Position numbers and translations under genes: made by a program. A stretch of DNA of 64,000 nt from an uncultured Dehalococcoidia bacterium (lineage in GTDB: Bacteria; Chloroflexota; Dehalococcoidia; Lucifugimonadales; UBA1123). Positions 25,889-35,418 of this stretch are shown in pieces. The notes below the pieces were generated by a model, which did not search any database, was not told the origin of the DNA, and saw only the letters and a list, made by a program, of their open reading frames with translations. The stretch lies in the NCBI GenBank assembly GCA_958296105.1, contig OY282441.1, forward strand, positions 954,378 to 1,018,377, given 5' to 3'. Position 1 is the stretch's first letter, and every line of letters begins with the position of its first letter.

Positions 25889-26737
25889 ATGGCATCACAA
25901 CCAGCGCATCCCGAATCCATAGTCACGACCGAGTGGGTCGCTGAAAATCTCGCCAGCGAGAATCTCAGGCTCGTGGAGGTGGACGTGGACACGGAAGCAT
26001 ACGATCAGGGGCATCTCCCCGGAGCCATCGGCTGGAACTGGACTTCGCAGCTGAACGACCAGCTTACGCGAGACATCCTTTCGCGCGAGCAGATGGAGCT
26101 GCTGCTGGGCGACTCCGGCATTAGCCGCGACACGACCGTGGTACTCTACGGCGACAACAACAACTGGTTCGCCACCTACGCCTTCTGGCAGATGAAGATA
26201 TATGGCCACCCCAGTCTGAAGATCATGGACGGCGGCCGCCAGAAGTGGATAGACGAGGGGCGCGAGCTAAGCATGGACGCCCCGGAAGTGGAGAAGGCGA
26301 GCTACTGCGCATCCGACCCGGACACCTCGATCAGGGCGACGCGTGACTACGTGCTGGACGTGGCATCTACGGCGAACAGCACGGGGCTGGTGGACGTGCG
26401 CGCTCCGGACGAGTTCAACGGGACGCTGCTCGCTCCGGCGAATCTTCCGCAGGAGGGATCTCAGAGGGGCGGTCACATCCCCGGCGCGGCGAACATCCCC
26501 TGGGCGTCGGCGGTCGCAGAGGACGGCGCCTTCAAGTCCGTCGAGGAGCTTCAGGAGATATACGGAGGAAAGGGCATCAGCGGAGACTCCGAGACGATCG
26601 CCTACTGCCGCATCGGGGAGAGAAGCTCGCACACGTGGTTCGTGCTGACTCAGATTCTGGGGTACAGCAAGGTTCGCAACTACGACGGCTCATGGACGGA
26701 GTACGGCTCGATAGTCGGCGCGCCAATCGAGAAGTAG
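25889..26737 (+). CDS. Thiosulfate sulfurtransferase (two-domain rhodanese)
   Basis: YDQGHLPGA, GGHIPGAANIPW, active loop YCRIGERSS and YDGSWTEY. Confidence 0.93.
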   Translation: MASQPAHPESIVTTEWVAENLASENLRLVEVDVDTEAYDQGHLPGAIGWNWTSQLNDQLTRDILSREQMELLLGDSGISRDTTVVLYGDNNNWFATYAFWQMKIYGHPSLKIMDGGRQKWIDEGRELSMDAPEVEKASYCASDPDTSIRATRDYVLDVASTANSTGLVDVRAPDEFNGTLLAPANLPQEGSQRGGHIPGAANIPWASAVAEDGAFKSVEELQEIYGGKGISGDSETIAYCRIGERSSHTWFVLTQILGYSKVRNYDGSWTEYGSIVGAPIEK

Positions 26738-26811
26738 CAGGCTCTTCGGAGCGAGCGAGGGGCGAGTAAAGAGGCGGTGGGTCTGGGACCCATCGCCTCG
26801 CTTCTTGCTCC

Positions 26812-28068
26812 TCAAACTCTGGCGTCCCTGTCCACTCTGATTCCATCTAGGAACACGTCCGAAACGCGGCGCAGGGCGGCGATGTCTTCTGTGGGATCGC
26901 CTTCGACCACGAGCGCGTCGGCCTTCATGCCCGGGCGCAAGGATCCGACTCGATCTTCGATCCAGCACGATCTGGCGGCGTCTCGCGTTGCCGATGCGAT
27001 GGCGTCCATGTTGGACATGCCCGCCATGACGTGGGCTTCGATCTCGGTCTGGAAGTCGCCCATGCGGTAGTTTCCCCAAGCCGAATCGGAGCCTGCCGCC
27101 ATGACGACTCCCGCGTCTCTCATGCGGGCGAAGTGGTCCATGCGCACTTCGGATGCGCGCCTCATCGTGTCCAGATCGGCGCGCTCGGCGTGGCTGAGGT
27201 CGGATTCCATACTCTCCAGCATCCGAATGCGGGTCACGGCGCCGCCGAGTGTTGGGTTGACGCAGACGCCCCGCTCGGCGATGCGCTCGGCGATCTCGGG
27301 GCGGTAGACGTCAGAGCCGTCTGCCTCTTTGTGGACGCCGTGTATGATGGTGTCTATGCCCGCGTCGAGTGCGTTGACCATGCCCTGAGACGATGCGCAG
27401 TGGGCGGCGGCGTGCTTGCCGAACTTGTGCGCCTCATCGCAGATGGCGGTGAGCTCATCGACGTCGAACGAGGGGCGGAGGGGGTGGCTCGTGCGCGTGC
27501 TGCCTCCGGTGGCGGTTATCTTGATGAAGTCCGCGCCCTCCTTGATCAGCTGTCGGACGGCGGCGCGACATTCGGTCGTGCCTGTGGCCTGTATGCCGAA
27601 GTAGCTGAGGTGTCCGCCGATGATGGCGACGGGTCTGCCGGCTAGAATCAGTCGAGGGGAAGGGACTATGCCCATCTCGACCGCGTCGCGCAGCAGGAAC
27701 GTCGTTCGGTTCTTGGCTCCGCAGTCTCGGACGGTGGTTACTCCGGAGTAGAGATGTCTTCGGACGTTCTCTGCCGCCTGCACGGTGAGAACTTCATCCG
27801 GCAGGGTGACAAGCTCATCTCCCGCGCGCCCGTCGCCAATTCCGATCAGGTGGACGTGGCAGTCGACGAGGCCGGGAAGGATCGTCCCGCTGGGGTAGTC
27901 GAATTCGGCTGCGGACGCTCCCTCCGGCGCGTGGACGGTCTCGCGCGTTCCCACCTGCCGAATGGTATCGCCCTCCAAGAGGATGGCTGCCTGCTCTGCG
28001 ACGGGCGATCCGTCGCCGTCGATCAGTCGGGCTGCCCTTAGAATGGTGAACTGGGCTTCTTGCGGCAT
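26812..28068 (-). CDS. Amidohydrolase family protein (prolidase-like)
   Basis: PGLVDCHVH, GVTTVRDCG, GADFIKITATGG, AAHC and GSDS. Confidence 0.9.
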   Translation of the reverse strand: MPQEAQFTILRAARLIDGDGSPVAEQAAILLEGDTIRQVGTRETVHAPEGASAAEFDYPSGTILPGLVDCHVHLIGIGDGRAGDELVTLPDEVLTVQAAENVRRHLYSGVTTVRDCGAKNRTTFLLRDAVEMGIVPSPRLILAGRPVAIIGGHLSYFGIQATGTTECRAAVRQLIKEGADFIKITATGGSTRTSHPLRPSFDVDELTAICDEAHKFGKHAAAHCASSQGMVNALDAGIDTIIHGVHKEADGSDVYRPEIAERIAERGVCVNPTLGGAVTRIRMLESMESDLSHAERADLDTMRRASEVRMDHFARMRDAGVVMAAGSDSAWGNYRMGDFQTEIEAHVMAGMSNMDAIASATRDAARSCWIEDRVGSLRPGMKADALVVEGDPTEDIAALRRVSDVFLDGIRVDRDARV

Positions 28069-28139
28069 TGTCTCTCCTCCTGTGCAGGGCGTGGATGTTC
28101 GATCTTTCCCCGTCATCGGATCGAGCTGGGGGGCAGGGG

Positions 28140-29438
28140 CTAGAGCTGGGCGGGCGTCTGTCGCACCGCGGACAGGGAGGCATCGGAGCCGCGTTCGAGC
28201 TTTCTGCCTGCGAAGAACACGTCGGCGACGTTCCAGAGGTCGCTGATCTCACGCGCGGGGTTTCCGTTGACGATCAGGATGTCCGCCTCTTTGTCGGGTT
28301 CTAGGGATCCAACCCGGTCGTCCATGTCGAGCGCGGATGCCGCCCAGCTCGTTACCGACATGATCCCCTGCATGTTGGAGTATCCGGCATGTACGAGAAG
28401 CTCTGTCTCGTAGACGGTGTTGCCGAGTTTGTAATTTCCCCAAGACGAGTCCGAGCCGGTTATGACGCGCAAGCCCATATCTATCATCCTGCGGGTGTCG
28501 TCCATGCGGACTTCCATGCCGCGCAGGGTATCGTCCAGGCGCTCGCGCTCCTGCGGAGTGAGACCGTGATCGTCTCTCTTGCGCGCGAGTGTCCACGCGC
28601 TGGAGCGGCCAACGTGCAGGGTTGGGTTGACGTATGCGCCCTGCTCGCCTATGCGCTCGGCGATGTCTTCGCGGAAGTTGTTCGCGCCGTCGGCGTCTCG
28701 AAAGGCGCAGTGGATTATCATGTCTACGTTCGCCTCGAGCGAGTTGGCGATGCCCTCGGAGGATAGGCAGTGGGTGGCTGTCAGCTTGCCGAACTTGCGC
28801 GCCTCTTCGGTGACGGCCCTCAGCTCTTCGATCTCGAACGAGGGGCGAAGGGGGAAGGAGGTTTGGGTGCTGCCCCCAGTGGCGGTTATCTTGATGTAGT
28901 CCGCGCCCTCTTTTATGAGCTGCCGGGTGAGGGCGCGGGTCTGGTTCGCGCCGGTGACCTCGCCGCCGAAGTATCCCATGTGACCGCCGATGATGGCGAC
29001 CGGCCTGCCGCACAGGTGCATCCTGGGGCCGACGGTCAGCCCGGCGTCGATCGAGTCGCGCAGCCTGAACATGGTGACATTCTTGGGGCCGTTCTCGCGT
29101 ATGGTGGTGACGCCGGAGTACAGGCTGGCGCGCGCGTTTCTGGCGGACTGAATCGTTAGCAGCTCATCGGACAGAAGCGCGAGGTCGTCACCCATGCGGC
29201 CATCTCCGAAGCCGTTGTGGTGGGTGTGGCAGTCTACCATGCCGGGGAGCGCGGTTGCGGCGGGGTAGTGGTGGACGTCCACGCTCGCGCCCTCGGGGGC
29301 GGATACGTCTTCGGCGCGCCCCACGCTCACGATCTTGGATCCTTGGGTAAGAATCGCGCCGTCGTCGATTGGCGCGTCGCTCTTGGCGTCTATGACTCGG
29401 CTGGCTGTGATCAGCGTGAAGTCGGCGGTGGGTGGCAT
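28140..29438 (-). CDS. Amidohydrolase family protein (paralog of the previous gene)
   Basis: PGMVDCHTH, GVTTIRENG, GADYIKITATGG and GSDSSWG. Confidence 0.9.
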   Translation of the reverse strand: MPPTADFTLITASRVIDAKSDAPIDDGAILTQGSKIVSVGRAEDVSAPEGASVDVHHYPAATALPGMVDCHTHHNGFGDGRMGDDLALLSDELLTIQSARNARASLYSGVTTIRENGPKNVTMFRLRDSIDAGLTVGPRMHLCGRPVAIIGGHMGYFGGEVTGANQTRALTRQLIKEGADYIKITATGGSTQTSFPLRPSFEIEELRAVTEEARKFGKLTATHCLSSEGIANSLEANVDMIIHCAFRDADGANNFREDIAERIGEQGAYVNPTLHVGRSSAWTLARKRDDHGLTPQERERLDDTLRGMEVRMDDTRRMIDMGLRVITGSDSSWGNYKLGNTVYETELLVHAGYSNMQGIMSVTSWAASALDMDDRVGSLEPDKEADILIVNGNPAREISDLWNVADVFFAGRKLERGSDASLSAVRQTPAQL

Positions 29439-29617
29439 GTCTCCGTCTCCTTGTGAGGTCCAAAGCGGCCCTGCGGGGAAGTTAACATGCCGCTGTCGAA
29501 GGCGCAATGGCTTCGGATTGGGGCGGAATCTGTGTCGGGAAGGTGAATCTCGGCTCTATACCGTGCTATGATTGAGGGAGACAAGGCTGGCGCATTGCGC
29601 GCGGGCATCTCGTCAGA

Positions 29618-29692
29618 GCCAACGTAGCTCAGTGGTAGAGCAGCGGTTTCGTAAACCGCAGGTCGGCGGTTCGAATCCGCCCGTTGGCTCCA
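29618..29692 (+). tRNA. tRNA-Thr(CGT)
   Basis: GCCAACGTAGCTCAGTGGTAGAGCAGCGGTTTCGTAAACCGCAGGTCGGCGGTTCGAATCCGCCCGTTGGCTCCA. Confidence 0.97.
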
Positions 29693-29850
29693 CTTCCCCA
29701 GCATGAGCCGAGCGCGCTCAGGCTTCCCCATCTTCAGCTGAGGATGGGCTTAGAGGCTTCCCCGTATTCGGCAGAGCGCGCGTTCAGGCTTCCCCGTATT
29801 CGGCAGAGCGTGCGCGCAGGCTTCCCCATCCTCAGCCAAGCGTGCGCGCG
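29693..29850. repeat. Five degenerate ~32-bp tandem units between tRNA-Thr and the cysS stop
   Basis: (AGG)CTTCCCC at 29693, 29723, 29757, 29789 and 29821. Confidence 0.75.
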
Positions 29851-29851
29851 C

Positions 29852-31213
29852 TCAGCTGGTTCGCCACTCGGTGCCGCTTGGGCTGTCTTCGAGTACGACT
29901 CCAAGCTCGCCAAGCTGGTCTCGGATCTGGTCTGCGAGCGCGAACTGGCGCTCGGCGCGGAGGCGGGAGCGCACGTTCACCAGCAGCTCTATGAAGGGGC
30001 CTGCGGCGACGGCGGCGGCGGGGGGCTGCTCGCGGAGATCCAAACCCAACACGGATGCAAGCTCGACCAGCAAGCTCTGCGCGGACGATACGCTGGCGTT
30101 CGAGTCGCGGGCGCGGTTGATCTCTCTGGCGAGGTCGAACAGCGCGGCGAGCGCGCGGGGGGTGTTGGCGTCATCGTCCATTGCGGCTATGAACCGCCGC
30201 TCGAAGGCGGATGCGTCCAGCGGCTTGCCGTCTCCGCCCGAATCCGCTCTTGCCGCCTGCCTGAGTCTCTGGATGGCGCGCTCCTGATTCCTCACGTTGT
30301 CCTCGCTGTAGAACAGGGGAGAGCGGTAGTGGGAGCTGAGGAAGAACAGTCTGAGCGCCTGCGGGTCGTACAGGGTCAGCGCCTCGGACAGTGTGATGAT
30401 GTTGCCGAGCGACTTGCTCATCTTCTCCGCGCCCAGCCGCAGCATTCCGTTGTGGACCCAGAATCTGGAGAACGGCACGCGGTCGGTGAACGATTCGGAC
30501 TGGGCTATCTCGTTCTCGTGGTGGGGGAATGCCAGCTCGTCGCCGCCGCCGTGTATGTCGAGGGTCTCGCCAAGGTACTTGATGGACATGGCGCTGCACT
30601 CGATGTGCCAGCCGGGTCTGCCCTGTCCCCAAGGGCTGTGCCATGCGGGTTCGCCGGGCTTCTGGGATTTCCACAGCGCAAAGTCGAGAACGTCTTCCTT
30701 GCGCTCGTCTATTTCGACTCGCGCGCCTGCCAGAAGGTCGTCTATGCTTCTGCGGCTGAGCTTGCCGTAGTCCTCGTCGCGGCGCACGCGGAAGTATACA
30801 TCGCCTTCGACGTCGTAGGCGTAGCCCTTGTCGATCAGGCGCTGGATCATCTCGACTATCTTGTCGATCTCCTGCGTGGCTCTGGGGTACTCGTGCGCGG
30901 GCAGGATGCCGAGCGCGCCCATCGCGTCCATGTACTCCTGAATGTACTGGCTGGCGAGGTCGGAGACTTCGGCTCCTCGCTCCTGGGCGGCGGCGATCAT
31001 CTTGTCGTCTATGTCCGTAAAGTTCTGGACGTGGATGACGTCGAAGCCGCTGAACTGTAGATATCGTCTGATGACGTCGAAGGTCACGGCGGACATCGCA
31101 TGTCCGATGTGGGACGAGGAGTATGGGGTGATGCCGCAGACGTACATGCGAACGCTGCCGTCGAGCGGCTCGAATTCGCGTACCTGTCCGCTTAGAGTGT
31201 CGTAGAGTCTCAT
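29852..31213 (-). CDS. cysS: Cysteine--tRNA ligase
   Basis: YVCGITPY, HIGH, GRPGWHIECS and KMSKS. Confidence 0.98.
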   Translation of the reverse strand: MRLYDTLSGQVREFEPLDGSVRMYVCGITPYSSSHIGHAMSAVTFDVIRRYLQFSGFDVIHVQNFTDIDDKMIAAAQERGAEVSDLASQYIQEYMDAMGALGILPAHEYPRATQEIDKIVEMIQRLIDKGYAYDVEGDVYFRVRRDEDYGKLSRRSIDDLLAGARVEIDERKEDVLDFALWKSQKPGEPAWHSPWGQGRPGWHIECSAMSIKYLGETLDIHGGGDELAFPHHENEIAQSESFTDRVPFSRFWVHNGMLRLGAEKMSKSLGNIITLSEALTLYDPQALRLFFLSSHYRSPLFYSEDNVRNQERAIQRLRQAARADSGGDGKPLDASAFERRFIAAMDDDANTPRALAALFDLAREINRARDSNASVSSAQSLLVELASVLGLDLREQPPAAAVAAGPFIELLVNVRSRLRAERQFALADQIRDQLGELGVVLEDSPSGTEWRTS

Positions 31214-31689
31214 GCTTTCGATATGGTGGCGACGGCTATGCAGCAGATGCCTTCGCCGCGTCCCACGAATCCGAGATGGTCCGTGGTGGTTGCCTTCAGG
31301 CTTACTGTCTGAAGGTCGACGTTCAAGGTTTCGGCGAGCGCTGATCGCATGTCGCTGACGTGTGGGCTGAGGGTGGGTTTTTCGGCGACTATTGTAGCAT
31401 CAACGTATTCGAGCCGCCAGTGATGGCGCGCAATCAGGCGCGAGGTCTCCGCGAGCAGGCGGAGGCTTCGGATGCCGCTGTACTGCGGATCGGACGATGG
31501 GAAGTGGCTTCCTATGTCTCCCAGGTTGGCTGCGCCCAAGCAGGCGTCTATGATGGCGTGGGTGAGCGCGTCGCCGTCGCTGTGTCCGTCCAAGCCGAGA
31601 GGGGAGGGGATGGCGACGCCGCCGAGCACGAGATCGCGGCCGGCGACGAGGGGGTGGACGTCCACGCCTATGCCGGTGCGGATGCTCAC
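31210..31689 (-). CDS. ispF: 2-C-methyl-D-erythritol 2,4-cyclodiphosphate synthase
   Basis: GVDVH, GHSDGDALTHA, DIGSHFP and KATTT. Confidence 0.97.
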   Translation of the reverse strand: MSIRTGIGVDVHPLVAGRDLVLGGVAIPSPLGLDGHSDGDALTHAIIDACLGAANLGDIGSHFPSSDPQYSGIRSLRLLAETSRLIARHHWRLEYVDATIVAEKPTLSPHVSDMRSALAETLNVDLQTVSLKATTTDHLGFVGRGEGICCIAVATISKA

Positions 31690-32411
31690 GCCCGATCTTC
31701 TCGTAAACGCGCCAGCGCGATGGCTTGCGCCAGAGTCAGGTCTTCGGGGGTGGTGATCTTGATGTTGGCGTAGTCTCCCATGAACAGCTTTACGGGGTGG
31801 CCGGCTGCCTCGACCATGCCGGCGTCGTCGGTCACGTCGTGGTCGATCTGGGCGTGGACGCTCCTGAGCAGAGGGGCGGCGAACGCCTGCGGGGTCTGGG
31901 CTGCCCAGAGTGTATCTCTAGGCGGGGTGCTGGCTACGGTCATATCGGGGGCGGCTATCTTGATGGTGTCCTTGACTGGAACGGCGGCGGCGGCGGCGTG
32001 ACGCTCAGCGGCCTCGCGCGCCGCGCTGGATATGATGCGGTCGGTGACGAACGGGCGCGCGCCGTCGTGGACGAGTACGATTTCGGCAGCGTCCAGCTCT
32101 CCTAGCGCGCTGGCGACGGAGTCCTGCCTTCGCGCGCCGCCTTCCACGATGGATACCACCTTGCGAATGCCGCCTTCGCGCGTCAGACGTCGAACGCGAC
32201 CTATGTTCGCCTTCGACGCGGCGATGACTATGGAGGCGATGGCGGGCGATTCGTCGAAAGCGCGCAGGCTGTGGAGCAGCAGGGGCCGGGCGGCGATGGG
32301 GGCGAACAGCTTGTCCCATCCTCCCATGCGCCGACTCTCTCCGGCGGCAAGGACGATTGCGGCTGCCTGCGGGGGGCGTTGGGGCTTGTCTGTGGAACTC
32401 TGGGTGTGCAA
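31686..32411 (-). CDS. ispD: 2-C-methyl-D-erythritol 4-phosphate cytidylyltransferase
   Basis: LAAGESRRMG, GGARRQDSV, VHDGARP, QTPQAF and KITTPED. Confidence 0.97.
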   Translation of the reverse strand: MHTQSSTDKPQRPPQAAAIVLAAGESRRMGGWDKLFAPIAARPLLLHSLRAFDESPAIASIVIAASKANIGRVRRLTREGGIRKVVSIVEGGARRQDSVASALGELDAAEIVLVHDGARPFVTDRIISSAAREAAERHAAAAAVPVKDTIKIAAPDMTVASTPPRDTLWAAQTPQAFAAPLLRSVHAQIDHDVTDDAGMVEAAGHPVKLFMGDYANIKITTPEDLTLAQAIALARLREDRA

Positions 32412-32423
32412 GGCGAGGCGGCG

Positions 32424-33482
32424 CTAACTTGGGTTGGCGAAGATGATGCAGCCCGCCGCGGTCTGAAGCACGCGGGCTACGGTGACGTCAAGATCGGTGT
32501 CGATGTGGTGGACTCCCGAATCGACGACAACCATAGTGCCGTCTTCGAGGTATCCAACGCCCTGTCCGCGCTCCTTTCCTTCGTGGAGGATCCTGATGTT
32601 CACGCTCTCGCCGGGAATGAGGACGGGGCGCAGAGAGTTGGCAAGCTCGTTGACGTTGAGGACGGTTATCCCGTCTATCTGGGCAACGCGGTTGAGGTTG
32701 AAATCGGTGGTGAGGATGGCGGCGTCCATCTGTCTGGCAAGGCCGGCGAGCTTGCCATCGACCTCGTTCGACTGGGGATAGTCTATCTCTGGGAACTCGG
32801 TTCGCACGTTGTCATCCTGTCTTATCTCGTTGAGCATTTCCAGCCCTCTTCTGCCGCGCGACCTGCGGAGGGCGTCGCTGGAATCGGCTACGCGGCGCAG
32901 CTCGTCAAGGACGAATCTGGGGACGATCAGCGTGCCTTGTATGAAGCCCGTCTTGGAGATGGCGACTATGCGCCCGTCTATTATGGCGCTGGTGTCTACG
33001 AGCATCGGCGCGGCGTAGCCGTTGGGCGAGTGGGCGGCGTCCGAGTGGCGGGGGTCTCTGCCCTCCGGAATGAGCTTCTGGAATATGTCTCTGGAAGGCG
33101 CGAACATCAGCGCAGCGCCGAGGTAGCCGATGAGGAGGCTGAGTCCGACGGGCGCCGCCACGCCGAGCCATCTCGACGACGACAGGAGCAGGGGGGTGGA
33201 CAGGAGCAAGGCGACGACCAAGCCGAGTATGAGTCCGACTGCGCTGGACAGCAATCTGGACGTGGGAACGGAGCGGGTCTGCTCGGCGACGCTTCGGGAG
33301 AGGCGGACGGTGACGTATGGCGTGGCGACGATGCCAATGACGCCCCCGGCGAGCGCCAGTCCGAACACCCAAAACACATACTGCCTCGGGTCCCAGACAT
33401 CCGAGACGTACTCGCCAATGCCCCATCCGCCGGTGGCGAGTATAGCGCCTCCTATGATGCGGGAAAGTATATCCGCAACCAT
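32424..33482 (-). CDS. PIN/TRAM-domain membrane protein (YacL-like)
   Basis: N-terminal TMs; VDTSAIIDGRI, RGRRGLEML, TDFNLNRVA and GVGYLEDGTMVVV. Confidence 0.93.
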   Translation of the reverse strand: MVADILSRIIGGAILATGGWGIGEYVSDVWDPRQYVFWVFGLALAGGVIGIVATPYVTVRLSRSVAEQTRSVPTSRLLSSAVGLILGLVVALLLSTPLLLSSSRWLGVAAPVGLSLLIGYLGAALMFAPSRDIFQKLIPEGRDPRHSDAAHSPNGYAAPMLVDTSAIIDGRIVAISKTGFIQGTLIVPRFVLDELRRVADSSDALRRSRGRRGLEMLNEIRQDDNVRTEFPEIDYPQSNEVDGKLAGLARQMDAAILTTDFNLNRVAQIDGITVLNVNELANSLRPVLIPGESVNIRILHEGKERGQGVGYLEDGTMVVVDSGVHHIDTDLDVTVARVLQTAAGCIIFANPS

Positions 33483-33631
33483 GCTTTAGCACCTGTGAGA
33501 TTGCTTCAGCAGTCCACCGCCACCTCGAACGCGAACCCGTCGAACTCAAACGAGCCTGTTGTCGGGCATAGAGACGTTGGCGAAAGCGGCGAACAGCCAA
33601 ACCCGCCCACGTCATCAGGGTCGTACAAGCC

Positions 33632-33660
33632 AGAATAGCATCGGAGGGAAGCAGTGTCAA
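33632..33660 (-). promoter_or_regulatory. Sigma70 promoter of yacL-ispD-ispF-cysS
   Basis: TTGACA-N17-TATTCT with extended TG. Confidence 0.65.
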
Positions 33661-33770
33661 AAGGGGAGCGGGCGCGTCTCCGCGTTCTTCGGCGCGTGAA
33701 CATCAGGGGCGGTTTCCACGAACGCCGACGTGGGGCAGCGCGCGGGCGGCTGTGGTAGACTTCGAGGGCT

Positions 33771-34916
33771 ATGCTGAAACGTCTTGGATATCTTGTGAGG
33801 GGAATCGCCGCAGCGCTCGCGCTTGCGCTCGTGCTGGTCGCAGCCACGCCGCAGGGGAGGGCGGCGGTGGATACTGCGCTGCTCTTGCCTCAGCTGGTGC
33901 CGACTGTTCCCCTGAAGCCGCAGACGTGGGTCTTCCCGGACCCGATCAGGGACGAGGCGAGGTATCCGATAGAGGGTGGACTGGGCAAGGCGGATCTGTA
34001 CGCGCCGGCCGGGGACGGAACGCACAGCGCGGTTCTGCTGTTCCTCGGAGTCAATCCGGCGGGAAGCGACGATCCCAGGGTGGTGGGGCTTGCGGAGGGG
34101 CTGGCTCGGGCGGGCCTGGTGGTGATGATACCCTGGTCGGACACGATGACGCGGCAGCGCGTTACGGTCGACGAGGTCGACAATCTGGTGAGGGCGTACC
34201 AGTTTCTGCTCGCTCACGAGCGTGTGGACGCGGAGCGGTCGGGCATGGGCGGGTTCTGCGTGGGCGCGTCCTTCGCGGCGATGGCAGCAGCAGATCCGAG
34301 GGTGCGCGACGACGTGGCGTTCCTCAACTTCTTCGGTGGATACTACGACGCCCGGGATCTGGCGGCGTCAGTCGTGTCGAGCAGTCGGTTCAGGGGAAGC
34401 GAGATCGAGGGGTGGAGTCCTGACAGGCTGAGTCAAGATGTGGTGGCGACGCACCTGATCGAGGGCATGGCGGACGGCGGGGAGGTGGAGCTTCTGAGAA
34501 GGGTCTTCGCAACCCGCGAGGTCGCGCTGGACGACAGGGAGGCAGACGCTCTCTCGCCAGAGGCGCGGACGGTGTATCGGCTGCTGTCTGGGGTGGAGCT
34601 GGGCGAGGCGCGAAGGCTGATCTCGGAGCTGTCCGAGTCGAGCGCCGCCACGCTGCGCGCCATATCTCCAAGCTCGACGGTGGGCGATCTGTCGGCGCGG
34701 GTGCTGATCATGCACGACCGCGAGGATGCGCTGGTGCCGTCGGAGGAGTCTCAGCGGCTGGCGGACGCGCTGGCGGAGCGCGGGGACGTGTACCACACGG
34801 AGTTTTCGCTGTTCGACCACCTAGACCCCACGCGCCCGGTCAGTCCGCCCGTCTACGCGAGGGAGATGTTCAAGCTGTACCTGCACATGTACAACGTGCT
34901 GCGAGAGGTGGGGTGA
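33771..34916 (+). CDS. Alpha/beta-hydrolase fold protein with N-terminal anchor
   Basis: ADLYAP, GFCVGA elbow (G-x-C-x-G), MHDREDALVP and LFDHL. Confidence 0.7.
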   Translation: MLKRLGYLVRGIAAALALALVLVAATPQGRAAVDTALLLPQLVPTVPLKPQTWVFPDPIRDEARYPIEGGLGKADLYAPAGDGTHSAVLLFLGVNPAGSDDPRVVGLAEGLARAGLVVMIPWSDTMTRQRVTVDEVDNLVRAYQFLLAHERVDAERSGMGGFCVGASFAAMAAADPRVRDDVAFLNFFGGYYDARDLAASVVSSSRFRGSEIEGWSPDRLSQDVVATHLIEGMADGGEVELLRRVFATREVALDDREADALSPEARTVYRLLSGVELGEARRLISELSESSAATLRAISPSSTVGDLSARVLIMHDREDALVPSEESQRLADALAERGDVYHTEFSLFDHLDPTRPVSPPVYAREMFKLYLHMYNVLREVG

Positions 34917-35004
34917 GTGGCGGACGGGTTGGACTAAATGCGGGTTTGATATAGAATTCCAGCCTACAAAGTACAGTCCACAAGTACAGGAGGGACGGGT
35001 TTCG

Positions 35005-35397
35005 ATGGGATACGAGTTCAATCACGTTCATCTGAAGGCGCCGGAGCCTATGAAGACGGCGGAGTGGTACGCGGCGGCGTTCGACTTCGAGATCGTCAGC
35101 GACCGCGAGAGGCCGCAGGGCGACAGGTTCGTGGTCACGAGGACGCCGGACGGGGTGACTGTCAACATATCGAGCGCGCGAACCGGCGAGGTGCTGGACG
35201 AGGGCAGCGCGGACGTCCACTGGGGGCTGGAGCATATCGGCATCACGATCGAGGACATGGAAGCGGAGCTGGAACGGCTCGCGGAGATGGGCGCGGTGCT
35301 GAAGGAAGGGCCGATCGACGTGCCGGACGGACCCAGGATCGCGTTCATCGCGGGGCCGGACGATACGAGGATAGAGCTGCTTCAGCTGTCGTACTGA
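35005..35397 (+). CDS. VOC (glyoxalase-like) family protein
   Basis: FNHVHLK, LEHIGITIED and FIAGPDDTRIELL. Confidence 0.88.
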   Translation: MGYEFNHVHLKAPEPMKTAEWYAAAFDFEIVSDRERPQGDRFVVTRTPDGVTVNISSARTGEVLDEGSADVHWGLEHIGITIEDMEAELERLAEMGAVLKEGPIDVPDGPRIAFIAGPDDTRIELLQLSY

Positions 35398-35418
35398 GGG
35401 CTGACGAGGAGGTGAACC

